DNA of 48,552 nt, counting the filler, from Sphacelaria rigidula (taxonomy: Eukaryota): the NCBI GenBank assembly GCA_964200075.2. It is 2 parts of 2 records of this genome, joined end to end, with 100 filler letters (N's around TTAATTAATTAA, not from the genome) between each part and the next. Parts side by side here need not be neighbours in the genome. Positions count along the whole stretch, not along the records: positions 1 to 24,245 come from CAXNAA020000215.1; positions 24,346 to 48,552 come from CAXNAA020000216.1. One strand, written 5' to 3'. Positions 14,001 through 25,107 of the stretch are shown here, in pieces (position 1 is the stretch's first letter; the number at the start of each line of letters is the position of its first letter). Both the position numbers and the translations under genes were made by a program. Under the pieces are notes generated by a model. That model was not told the DNA's origin, made no database searches, and worked only from the letters and a program-made list of their open reading frames with translations.

Positions 14001-17000
14001 ATCTTCCAAAGAGGAGACTTCCCCTTTGCCACAGACAGCACAGTCCCAGTGAACACCCCTTGGGGTGGGAAGTCTTTGGCCACCATCATACCCACGTCGG
14101 CCCTCCCCCCTGCAAGCTTCGACACTTTCTTTGATTTCTTGGCGGAATCTTTGGCCGATGGAGGAGTCGCGCCACTAGCCGTCTCGCTCGCCTGCAACAG
14201 CACAGCGTTGGAGGCATTCGAAAGGGGTCGAGGGGTCGGAGTGTTGAACATATTGAGCCACAACAAAAGCGACCCGCCGTAAACCCCATGGTTACGGGAT
14301 GCTTCCTGCAGGAGAGTTTGTACCTCGAAATCTAGGAACAACGTTCGCATTGGCTCACCTTGATACAAATAAGACTTCGACAGACGCTCCGAGATGGTCC
14401 TTGATACAAACCAAGGCGTTCTTTCCGTGAAGAAAAGATATGGCGTGTGGAAAGGGGCTGAACTCTTGACCCTTAGGCAGTAGCTATATGAACAAAGGTA
14501 AAATGATCATATTCGATTGTGGCAAAAAATAAAGGTGTCTAGCCTTGACCGTATAGGAGTTCGTCATCAGCGCCGGCGAAGCTCGCAGCGCAGCCCTCAT
14601 TTTCATATTTCGTGAGTGAGCGCAAGACTTTTGTTTCGCTTCGAGTGTACGAACATTGTTGCCGGATGAATCACTGACATTAATCTGAAATGTATACCTT
14701 TCATATCATACTTGATCCGAAACCTCAACATTCATCAGATGCAAATGAGTGCCGAACATGTCAGGGCATGCAGAGGTGCAAGCGCCGTGCGTGATACTGA
14801 ACGGGTTTTTCTGCGAACAGACAAAACTGGCTCACGGCGAGCACCACGCAAGTCATCATGATCTATTTCAGCGGGACTTACGTGTCCTCACACCAGACTC
14901 AAGGGTTATACTACTTTCGAGTGAAGCGGGCTAGCAGTGTTGTCGGATCTCTCGGTACCTTCTCGCGGTTCCCGTGACAGTGCGTCACCTTACGCTACAC
15001 AACAACCGACACAGTAACAGCAATATGTCGCGAGGAATCCGCAGTGGACACGGTTGAGAGAGTGCCTCACTTCGTACTCGACTAGGGATGAGCGGAAAAC
15101 GCACGGGTGAACACGAAACTGATGCAATTCCGACTTCTCGGCAACTAGCTTCTTTCCTTGACGTGCGACCTCAGCGATATTTCCTAGGTGTTCGGGAACA
15201 TGTTTTGCTCGGCCGTTCAGTTTCGTTTTTTTTATTTTATCATCTGTTACATACTTCAGTCCATCATTCAGGTGGGTTATCATCGACTATTCTTCAAAAT
15301 CCCCTTCAACAAAAAACGACAGCTAATCGGTCGCTGCGATACCATCCCCGCGACAAAAAAAAAAGAGGATTTCCGGACACCTCAATGGGAAACATGGGTG
15401 TCCCAATGACAGGGGCATATCCAAAGGCTGCCACACAACCCAACAATCAAAGGTGAACCTGATGAACTTGGTGCCCCTATATATAAAAAATACACAGCAT
15501 GAGTCGTAGCTGCTCAAAACCTGAGCACGCTGTGCGTAACCTTGCCTACATCGGTTCAGAATTCGATTAGAAACGACAAGTTGTGAGATGCGCGCTCAGC
15601 ACAAGCACACCAACGGCCAGCAACGACACGTTTTCGGTTGTTGTTCGACACAAACGCGGCCGCAATTCCTCCAATATAGAACGGATGCCCGTCAAATAAA
15701 CAACGCAGTGTACATATCAGCAAAGGCTACCCACCGCTGGAACTAATGCGCGTGAGTGGTGGGTGTCTCTGCGTGTTTTTCGGGGCTGCGTGTGTAGGTG
15801 TTGTGTTGCCGTTCTGCGTCTTGTTTGTAGCAATACAGAGCTCTTGGACTAACGACCACGTCCGAGAACCACCGCATTTCTGAACGTGTGTGCATATCCG
15901 GGCTTCGATCTGTACAAAATTGCTTCTCGATGAGACTCACCCTGGTTGTTGTGCGGGCAATGATGGAGATTTTCAGAAGGGGGACAATCCCCTCCGAAGA
16001 AAAGCCGCCTCATTTGAATTTGATTTCTATACTGTAGTGGGGCTCGTCCCTTGCCTACGTGACATCCCCCCAGACATTATGCTTACGGCCATTGATTGCT
16101 GAACGATGAATCGATCGTTGCTGCAAAACATGCGCCACACTCCTGCTATTACGTACAAAGATCTCGGCGCCACTACCCGTAGCCTAATCTACGATGATAA
16201 AAACCACTAGCCTTGGGGGTCGTGGGCGTCCCCACATCTTTTCTCGGCCGCCCAACGGGTCGTTTGTTCGCTATTGCTTCCTCTTCCTCCTCTTCCTCCC
16301 CCTCCTTCTCCTCCTCTGCGTTGTCCTCACTCCCTTCTTTGGCCGCCTTCCTAGCCCTCTTTTCATGCTTGCTTTTCTTCTTTTTCTTGCGCTTATGCTC
16401 AGTTGACCGCCTGGACCGACTTGCACCGCCAAGCGAGGGCTGCAAATACAAACAACGATTAATCCATGTAGGCAAATAAATATATACACCAAGACCAAGA
16501 AAAAAGGGGAAGACGTTGTGAAGAAATTTATTCCAACCCCTCCATTCCTAGGTGTCATAAATTCCGAACAGTAAGCGCCGAGTCTCGGACCGTCCACCGA
16601 CACCGCCATCTACTGCGAGTACGAGATAGATTTCTTGGTGAGCAAATTGGATCTGCGTATTCACCCAATTTGGAAGCCATACGTGGGTTACAGACGGATT
16701 CTCACCTAAATTACAAGAATTGTAACTTTAAATTTGGTATGGATAATCGATGAATAAAAAAGAAATTTCCGCACCCCAAGACTCCTTTTCATGATTTGAG
16801 TACAAAAGACAAGATCCAGGTTCCACCATAACGCCCCTGACTGCAAAATTCAAGATCAAAAATGAAGGGGATTCTCGTTTGTTAGTATGTCCTAACGATT
16901 CTCCATGCCAACTTTCATTTTGCAAGTCTACAAATTGAGGTGACAATATCTCATTCACAGGCCGGGCCATCCGCCAAACGCAGTGTATGTTGCACGTCAT

Positions 17001-19311
17001 TTACCAACTCGGGTTTTGAGACTTGGGCTTGGAAATTTTGCGAGGAGAGTCGCGAGTGCGCAATAATATATTTTTTTAGACTGCGAAATACTTCATTTTT
17101 CGTGAGCTGAGGACGTTCAGTATTTCAAGGACCATTTTTTCACGAGAATATCCTCCACTCACGAAAAAAATCACGGCCCTTGCGATTCTCGGTGAGTATA
17201 TTTCGACGCACAACTTAAAAAACGGAACTGAGAAACTGGGATAAGGGCCAAAAATTATCAATTTTCCACAACATCCCTAACTCATGGGGGGGAATCGCGG
17301 TCCATGCCGTTTTGTATCCTTCCTCCATGCTTTAAGGGATGTTACACAAAAAAGCATCATCATCCGCTGCACATATCGTTCGGGGTTTCCCATAGACTTG
17401 ATTGAATACTAGCCTTCAAGGGCAGGTCGAGTAGAGTATGTACTCGTAAACCCTCGGGTAAAATACCCGAGTATTTACTTAACTCAATTTTTGGGTAGAT
17501 TGAGTGCGGCCTCAAATACTCTACTCAAATTTTGGGTAGATTGAGCCCGACCTTAAAGACTCCATTCAAATATTGGGCAAGCACTCTCAGCAATACTTGG
17601 GAATAGAATATCACTCGGGTATGACCTCAAATACTCTACACAAATTTTGGGTAGTTCGAGTACGACCTCAAGTACTCTCCTCAATTTTCGGGTAAGTACT
17701 CAGTAATACTTGAGTGTAGAGTATCACTTGGGTATGACCTCAATACTCTACTCAACTTTTGGTAGATTGGGCACGATCTCCAATACTCTACTCAAATTTC
17801 GGGTTCTAGCAGTGTGACTTCTAAAACATACCGGGTATTGCGTATACTCTACTCGACCTCCACTTGCTTGCCTTCTCCTCCATCATGAAACAAACAGAAC
17901 GCACCTTTGCGGGATCTTCCGCCACCTGTTCCTTCGTCTGCTGCAGGGCTAGAAGGTACCCCAGCGTGTTCTTATCCACTTCGATAGAGTCCTCGGTATC
18001 CTCGAACTTTACCTCCCACAACCGCTCCTGTTCATCATAACTTATTATGAACCCCGTAATCAGGATGATGTCTTCGCTGATGCTGCCCTGCGCAGTGCAC
18101 ACTCTCTGGCCAACGTAACTCTGTGGGTCGTTTAGGTCGCTCTCTCTCGACCGCCTTGCGCGGCTCGATGAATCTGGATCAATTGCCACAGTCCGCATGG
18201 GTGATGTACAGGAATCGTCCAGAGGCGGCGAGGATGGAGTAACCGGCAGTTCACCAGCGTCGCCGGCGGCAGTCCGCCCGAGGGGGGAAATCGGGGACGT
18301 TGGGGGGGAGGGGGTATTGTGAGATTTCTCGTCTATGCGGTTCGGCCCAGTTGATGGGTTGCCCTGGACCGGGACGGGTTGTTTAGGCGATGACGACAAC
18401 ATGAGTGCTGGCCGGTTGCGAATTGTGGTCAATGAGGGTTCCGGATGTTCCTGCTCGCTTTCCACCAGCTGAGCTTTGTCTTTGACTTGATCATCACCAT
18501 CGTCTTCAGCGCGGGTATGATCACCACCGTTCACGTGGTTCCCGACACTGCGGGTACAACCTCTGTCTGTGGCGTTGTCATCGCCATGATCGCCATTATC
18601 ACCTTCGTCACCTATGACGGGGTCGTCTTCGAGTGGTACATTTTCAGGAACTTTCACCGCTGACAACACTGGCAACGAAAGAGGAGGACAAGAATACAGT
18701 CAAATCACCCTCGCGACCCTTTCAAACATTGCCACAGCGGACCTCGGTGTGGAAGTCACTTTTTGTTTCGTGTTGACGGAGGAAACGGGCATTTCAGGCA
18801 TGGAAACGGCCGTTACTTCCTGTTTCGCCAAGGGTTCGAGTGGAGTATGGAAGTCCTTCCCGATGTGTCGATCCCGTCCAATTCGACCTGTTGCCCGTGG
18901 TGCGGTAAATGTTGGCCCTATTTTGTCGACGACTGTGCTGGGTTGTACTATATAAGACGGTCCGTTCTATTCTTGATTTTCGACGGCAAGTGCGGAGCGG
19001 AAATGGTAGCGTTGTGAGATTGCGCACCTTGACCCGATTTCGGTGCCAGCGTGACGTCGACGTCTTTAGTAGTGCCAGATTTGTTCGGGGGTTCCTGTTG
19101 TGCTCGTGGTTGTGGCGGAGGAAGCTGCATGCTTTGACCGATCCCTGGACCGGCCACAGGCACAGTTGTGCTCGACACGACGCCATCATTGTCATCTAGT
19201 ACATTGGCATCATGTTTGGGATTTTGTTCTTGCGGTGTGGCCTGCGAACTGCTCGCGACCGCGTCCGACTGGTCTGGCTGAGATGACGCAAGCCCCAACG
19301 CATCCGCGATC
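7949..19311 (-). CDS. Core of a multi-exon gene encoding a putative chromatin protein with three Tudor-like domains and two AT-hooks
   Basis: Phase-consistent exons 19311-19028, 18668-17905, 16439-16212, (16031-15941, 15183-15071 optional pair), 14191-13998, 13388-13201, 10473-10361, 8041-7949. All have AG acceptors and GT donors except one GC. Splicing rebuilds Tudor-like units VGMMVAKDFPPQGVFTGTV..LWKIR|YEDGDEEEL and LVGTHVRKKFPQGEFDGK|VVKY..LWHVKYEDGDEEDL, plus AT-hooks KRPVGRPRK and KGRGRPPK. Start and stop codons were not located. Confidence 0.8.
10361..10473 (-). CDS. Exon: AT-hook plus N-terminal half of Tudor-like domain 3 (KGRGRPPKKTKTNAAGGKGLVGTHVRKKFPQGEFDGK)
   Basis: Acceptor ..cctgttgtag, donor GTACGT, 113 nt, phase 1/0; this frame is not the one listed in the ORF track. 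Confidence 0.85.
12625..12985 (-). mobile_element. tRNA-derived SINE-like element
   Basis: Minus-strand A box GGTGGTCTAGTGG and degenerate B box GGGTTCGG followed by a T-run; the body shares sequence with repeat family B (ctcac.tcctcacg.tttca.cgac). Confidence 0.6.
13201..13388 (-). CDS. Exon: end of Tudor-like domain 2 plus acidic linker (YEDGDEEELSESEMEEAL...GKRKK)
   Basis: Acceptor ..gggatag, donor GTGAGT, 188 nt, phase 2/1 matching both neighbours. Confidence 0.85.
13998..14191 (-). CDS. Exon: N-terminal part of Tudor-like domain 2 (ASETAS...VGMMVAKDFPPQGVFTGTVLSVAKGKSPLWKI)
   Basis: Acceptor ..gttgcag, donor GTTGGT, 194 nt, phase 0/2. Confidence 0.85.
15071..16031 (-). CDS. Two probable additional exons of the Tudor/AT-hook gene (16031-15941 and 15183-15071)
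   Basis: Open frames, donors GTGAGT and GTGAGG, phases 0/1 and 1/0 bridging exon 16212 to exon 14191. An alternative acceptor exists at 16054. No recognisable motif. Confidence 0.45.
16212..16439 (-). CDS. Exon: Lys-rich/Glu-rich segment with AT-hook (KRPVGRPRK)
   Basis: Acceptor ..tatttgcag, 228 nt, phase 0/0 if the GC donor AAG|GCTAGT is used; the donor position is uncertain. Confidence 0.75.
17417..17866. mobile_element. MITE with 23-bp imperfect TIRs, 3-bp TSD (CTT) and internal roughly 39-bp tandem repeats
   Basis: caagggcaggtcgagtagagtat ... atactctactcgacctccacttg, flanked by ctt on both sides; internal units gacctcaaatactctactcaaattttgggtag. Confidence 0.85.
17905..18668 (-). CDS. 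Large exon: Asp/Pro/Ser-rich region plus Tudor-like domain 1 (YVGQRV...TGFIISYDEQERLWEVKFED)
   Basis: Within ORF 17821..18675; pyrimidine-rich acceptor ..cgttgccag, donor AAG|GTGCGT, phase 1/0. Confidence 0.8.
19028..19311 (-). CDS. Exon: Gln/Pro/Ser-rich low-complexity segment of the Tudor/AT-hook gene
   Basis: Within ORF 18948..19370; acceptor ..ttctctag, donor G|GTGCGC, phase 2/1 joins exon 18668. Confidence 0.7.
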
Positions 19312-19499
19312 CTAGAGAACAAGTTTGGTTCTGAGAAAAAAAAATACGGCAGGAAAGTATGGGGCAGCAACGTACGGCAGAGGAAACGCCAGCGTCAATC
19401 AACGGCGCTTCCGTAGCACAACTGATCAGAGGTTGCACTAGCATTTCTCTGGGGGATATTGACGGGTTGCTGCCCATTCAGTTGCGGCAGTATGCCAAC

Positions 19500-22400
19500 C
19501 TCAAACGTGTGTCGCTGCACACCTCGGAATCTGATTGGTGGGACTTCGTGTTGCGTTTCAAACACAAAACATACTCGAATGCCAACACATAATTGCGTCG
19601 ATCGTTTTTCTCAAGGCGCAGTCAGCACCTAACTAGGGAGCTACGAGTCTAGCATTTATTCGAATCGATTATTTGATCCTTCGGCGCTAGAGATCATAGA
19701 TTTTTCTGAAGGAGTATTGAGGTGTCACCATGATATCGTAGAAGGCAACAGTCATGAATATGACCGAAAAACAGGGGCACAAGCTCCTAAACTGTCCACG
19801 AGTGTCCGCAATCGTCCGCCTCTCAGGGTAACATTACCGTAGCGCACGTTTGATACGGCTCACACGTGCATACCTACGCTGCTTTTGACATTTTCCTTCT
19901 CGAGCAGAACTCTGCAAGCGGCACTCCATGGTTTCCTCTCTTCGAATCGAGATATAGCTCTCAAAATACGTGGCATGGGAAAATGCTGCGAGAGCGCCCA
20001 CGAAGGTATCAAAACGTCAATCAAAAGTCGAGCGTCCGCCGAATAAAGCAGCGAAAGCAAGAAAGTCAGCCCCCATATTGACCTCGAACGATCCAAGGGT
20101 ATCGCAAGCGCCCAAAGCGTCGAATGGCCCCGAGCATCGTGGACGAAGACAGGCGTTTGTGACGACTGCGTCTGAATTTTCATGTTTGTAATCTAATCCT
20201 CCGTTTTATTTCGCGGAGAGAGCTTGAAAAAGCGCCCAGCGCAGCGTTCCCACTCCAAGGTGGGCGATATCGTAGGCATGAGCCAAATGATGCAGCGCAT
20301 AAACAATTTCCAATGGGAGATAACTTTTTACCCATTTCGCTGATCAATGTGGCGTGTGTTATTTATAAACTCGTCTGGATATTATTTGTTAAATCGTGCT
20401 ACGGGGCATCATTTTGGTTATCGTTGCGGCATGCTCGGATAGAATACAACCTCGGGTAGCACATTATTCGGGTAATTCCCTTCGAGCAACACCCACGCGG
20501 TTGTTCAACATATATTGTGACATTGCCGTGCCGCCGCACAAGAGGATTTCAATCCGACAATTTACGAGCGACCCGAGACAAGAGGCTCATGGCGACCGAA
20601 GTTTGCGACGGGGCACTTCGCGGACTAGCTTTCGATTCGTCACGATTTCTGTCGACGAGAATTTCGCGACCCAAGCCACCAGGGCGGTGCTCCGAACGAC
20701 ATGAACAATGACATGGGCGTTACATCTATCGTGACGAGCACTCGTACCGCGGGCATACAGTATTGCTGGGAGCGCAGCATCCGACATCAAATGCACACTT
20801 CGCGGGCGAAGTTTTCCCTGCGCTCGAATGGCGAACCTCGCTCTCAGCAATAGCCGGGTAGCAATTTCAAAGCCAGTACCACGATCGCCCAAGGAACCCA
20901 GCAAAAAAAAATCGTCTCGACTCGGCCGCCGAGATACCAGAATCGAACGGACTTCCTTCCTGAAGCCTGCAGATTTGGAAGCCCCTATGGCGGGCTGGCA
21001 ACGCCAACGGTGTTGTCGGACCTGGGAGTAAAAAGTTCCGAGTCACATATTTCGTGACGAACGGAACTTGCTGGTGCGCGATAACGGGTCATGATATTTT
21101 GTGTGCTGGCACTAAGCAGAGACGAAAATGTTTTGGCTTTGATCAGAACCAAGAATTTAAGACGATACTACGTAGCCCACGCCTCCGTCAGGTTTGCACA
21201 CTTCATGTTACACACCATAATGCACTCAAGACATGTGGTGTTTCATATTGCAGGTACGTGAGACGAGCGGACCAGCACTGTGTGTTACTGTCCGACAGTC
21301 TCATCGGAATGTACGGTTGATGCATACCGCATAACTGGCATCTGAGAAAGATGTACAGTCGAGAACAAATCTCTGTGCGAATAATCGATACCTTTACGCG
21401 TGATCGGCGTTGAACAACTCTCGTGCCTCAACTTTTCGACTGCAAACCTCGCCTCGGAACAGTTTCGCCGGCTGACTGTCCAGGACATTCCGGGGTTTCC
21501 AGGGGGGGGGGGGGGGGGGGGAGGTGCCTGTTTCAAGAACACCAGGAAAGCTCACGAACTGAACCACGAGTGTTTGAAGGTTTCCCACCGAAAATATCAA
21601 GCCAGGAACGGGGCCCGAGAGGAGGCGAGTGAACATCATAGTTGTCATGATTGGTCAGGATGGTGACTTTGTTCCTCTACAGGTGGACAACATCTTGACA
21701 ACTTCGAACCAAAGTTGTAGTTGACCATTTTGGCCAAGATGGCCATGAACCCATCGACAACATGAGCAGAAACGGCGTGCATTTTATTTTTACTCTGCTC
21801 GTGGTATTTCCCGCCTGCCTGATCACTCTTGTCTTTGCTGGCACAGCTTCACACTGTAGTGTTGTTGAGGAACACTAACAGGAGACACCAGCCGCGTCAA
21901 GTCGACTACATTCAGTGGAGAGCGATGGCACAATTTTCTGGCCACGGGAAATCATTCCCGTTCCGTCCCGAAGTCCCGTGACAAGTCCTGGGGACGATTG
22001 AGGTCCAAAACGGCAACTAGTCTGAACTACGCTATCTCCTCCTGTTGTTGTAGTGCCGTGTACTTCACCATACCGTGCAGTCTACAGGGAATAGCAGCTG
22101 CCCCGCATGTCGCATAAACACCTTGTAGAGTGCTGCACATCAGATACTTTGTGCTAGCCGCCGCAGCTTTCTGTCACATACCGGGTATTTCAAATGGAAT
22201 CAACACCGCCGTGACGACACTATTTGGCAGTGCGTACCGTCGGACATGGCGGGTGACATAGCAAGCCCACCGACCAACGAGGTATCGTCCTCCAGTAACC
22301 GGTGCTTTGCTGTAACTCCTTTGTCCCAAAGTTGTGGATGTCTACCACTCATAGTACATTGCCCTCATGTTAGTTGTATGTTGATCATGGAAATAATTTC

Positions 22401-23023
22401 GACCGCATCTCCCATGCTCTGACACCGCATATAGTTGACGAAACCCTTATCCACATGGAGCCGACCAAGACGATCCAACTTGCGCTGTAAAGCCAAGGCG
22501 CATAGCTACCAACAGTGACTTCCAGTGCTGCTGTGATACATTGCGCTATATCCTTGCCGTTGATCATGAAAACCAGCTGGAGATGGAACGCACGACCAGC
22601 AAATATTAAATATTGCACTACCTAATGAGGGTAATACCGACGTTTTTGTTCTCAAACGGCGGCTGCTAGCAAGTGCCGATTGCACGTGCACCGACATTAC
22701 GCCGGGATTCACAGAATGAGCCATTGGCGATCGCGTCTAAAAAGGGCAAACGAAGAATAACATTCGGACTTGTGCAATTCCGATATCTGACGATGGTTGT
22801 GGAGACTCCATCGCCAACATATGCGCTGTAGTGGAATTGCATTGGAGTTCATCGAGGATTCGTCTGCAGATACTCTCTACACATGTGCTCCGGTATAATG
22901 CCAACTACATGCTTGATCAAGTTTATTGATTCCGCCGTGTCTTACATTCCTTCAGGGGGTGGTACCTAAGGTGACCTTATCGTCCGTCGCTGTACTCTTT
23001 TGGGTTTCACCATACTTCATCTG
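19500..23023 (-). CDS. Probable upstream small exons of the same minus-strand gene (23023-22976, 22576-22445, 22170-22122, 21475-21392, 20966-20837, about 19911-19874, 19530-19500)
   Basis: Each has AG/GT borders and an open frame, and the phases chain (0/0, 0/0, 0/1, 1/1, 1/2, 2/1, 1/2). The peptide looks helical (LVFMINGKDIAQCITAALEV..., FRKEVRSILVSRR...). No family recognised. Confidence 0.45.
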
Positions 23024-24245
23024 CTGTAAGTGTATGAACTCTAGGTATGCAAATACCGTTTCAACGGGACGGCTCCGCGAAGGGGTGGGTATCGGAACGA
23101 AAATATAACGGCCGCGAATATAGCCAATGAAAACCACTGCACGACATCGACGTCAGACCCATATCGCTCGAAGTTAGACGATTTAGGGGGGAATTACACT
23201 GCAGGGGGGGGGAGCGTACTCATTTGTTGCTTGAATCAATCGGTTGACCGTTAACCACGCATCTTTCACGAGACGGAGCAATGTCTCCTCGTGGGGGGGG
23301 GGGCGGGGGGGATGAAGAATTGGCCATTTTATATTGTCATTTCCGTCTCCATGACACTCGGTTTCGATGATTGTGTATAATGAAGTAATCGATCACAAGT
23401 ATTGTACCGTCTTCGAGTTGCGTCGCCAGGTCAGAATACTGTCTTGTATTATGATAGTGCTGTCCTATGGCAGAGAACTCTGCTGTACCGCCTTCATAGG
23501 GTTGGGGGAGTGCACTATATTCCCTTCATGCCATGTGCCATAAACTGCGGTACAGTCAGTACAGACAACGTTTCAGGTAAACGGGGCAGAGCATACAGCG
23601 TGTACTTGTGCTATTGCACCAGAGGCAGAACAGCACTCCTGTGAAAGAACCTCCAACCCATGAAGCGAACACGGCTACGTACCCGCAGGCCGCGAAGTTC
23701 ATCTCCGGAAAGAAACGCATGCCGAGATAGCATAGGCCAGTGATTGGTCGCGGGGCCCTACCTCCCCTCGCCCCAACGAAAGAAGCACGACCAGTGTGAA
23801 CTTGCAATCTGGGTATTTGATATTGAAGAAGCTATCTCGGTCTTATTTCACGTTGTCGGGATTATTTGACATGTGACGCTGCTCTCATGGGGAACCAAAT
23901 TTGACGGCCACAACTCCGTGTGATGCCAACATCCGACACAGACCAGTAACACAACCAGTTCAATTTCCCAGACCACTTGCCCCAGAGTAAGCCCGTGACA
24001 CTTCGAGCGGTCGCTTCGGGTTAGGGTGCGGAAGAAAAGGTGCGGCCGAGACCTCAGGACGTGCTCCCGTTAAACAGCAAAGATGAGCAGTAATCGTGCA
24101 TGTTCCCACTTAGGTTTCGGTCTTGATCAAGTACTGTAGGAGTGCTGAAACATACTAGCACCCCCCCCCCCCCCCCCCGCCCCCGCCCCCCCCCCCGGAA
24201 CAGGGGGCCCCAACCAAAAAAACCTAAAACACCCGGTTGATTGGG

Positions 24246-24345
24246 NNNNNNNNNNNNNNNNNNNNNNNNNNNNNNNNNNNNNNNNNNNNTTAATTAATTA
24301 ANNNNNNNNNNNNNNNNNNNNNNNNNNNNNNNNNNNNNNNNNNNN
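24246..24345. other. Artificial assembly gap/linker
   Basis: Exactly 44 N + TTAATTAATTAA + 44 N = 100 bp; the 12-mer gives stops in all six frames. Confidence 0.95.
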
Positions 24346-24387
<42 letters not shown>

Positions 24388-24480
24388 GTAATAAGAATAA
24401 TAATGATAAGAAGAAGAAGAAGACGAAGAAGAAGAAGAAGAAGAAGAAGAAGAAGAATAGTAATAATGATAATAATAATA
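24346..24480. repeat. Compound (AAT)n/(AAG)n microsatellite
   Basis: Directly visible at the contig edge. Confidence 0.95.
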
Positions 24481-24983
24481 GAAGCTTTGTCCAATGCTCC
24501 AACACGTGAACAGTTTCCACAGCTTCAATTTTTTACGCTCACTCTCTTGGATAGCGTGAATCCTGATGATGAGCAAGCGTGGGGTCCTGACATGACGATG
24601 TCCAACTTGGAGTTCCTCCCATTGAACCAGTGAGCGCTCACTGGTTCAACGGGCAAACTGTTAACTTCCTGGATAAACAAAGCGCAAAGCGTCCGAAACA
24701 TACATGATGCGTATTTCGGCACCGTCATGATAACTGATTAAGCACCGACGGATGATCGCACCTTTACTAGTATTGCATGATTGCGGTGACAGCGTTCCCA
24801 TACGGTGCATGCATCACAACAGACTTGGAGGGTGGCACCAAGAGAGTGTCATTCCCGATCGCTTCCGTACCTTGTCTCGGAGATGAATTCCAACTCGTTC
24901 CCCCCCCCCGCCTATTTGCCGTCTTCATTTGCCGTCGTCAAACGTTGCATATGTCTTGATCCCACGTCATGGTTACTGTGCAG

Positions 24984-25107
24984 CACATGGGTCACGAAGT
25001 GGATATACATATTCGCGCAGAGCCTTCAGGACCATGTGTCCAGCTCGCTGGAGCGGATGCACACCTTCATATCCTTCACGCAGAAGGGGCTCGACACTCC
25101 TCTAACG
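24984..25107 (+). CDS. Dynein heavy chain exon (TWVTKWIYIFAQSLQDHVSSSLERMHTFISFTQKGLDTPLT)
   Basis: ..gtgcag acceptor, GTGAGA donor, phase 2/0. Confidence 0.9.

Noticed and set aside
15941..16054. In-frame TGA suggesting selenocysteine or readthrough (ARDEPHYSIEIKFK*GG)
   Set aside because: Another frame of the same exon is open and phase-compatible with its neighbours; no SECIS evidence
17470..17810. CRISPR-like array
   Set aside because: Units are contiguous degenerate tandem repeats without unique spacers, inside a TIR element in a eukaryotic intron; no cas genes
17821..17904. MITE truncating the 284-aa ORF
   Set aside because: A good donor (AAG|GTGCGT) at 17904 ends the exon first; the MITE is intronic and the ORF tail is read-through
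21683..21725. Possible upstream dynein exon after a good acceptor (VDNILTTSNQSC)
   Set aside because: Stops in all three frames within about 45 nt with no convincing donor; lies across the assembly gap
24290..24301. TTAATTAATTAA as a biological palindrome or regulatory site
   Set aside because: Centred in a symmetric N run totalling 100 bp, so it is an assembly linker
24290..24633. Poly-L/I/Y/R ORFs
   Set aside because: Translations of microsatellite and N-gap sequence
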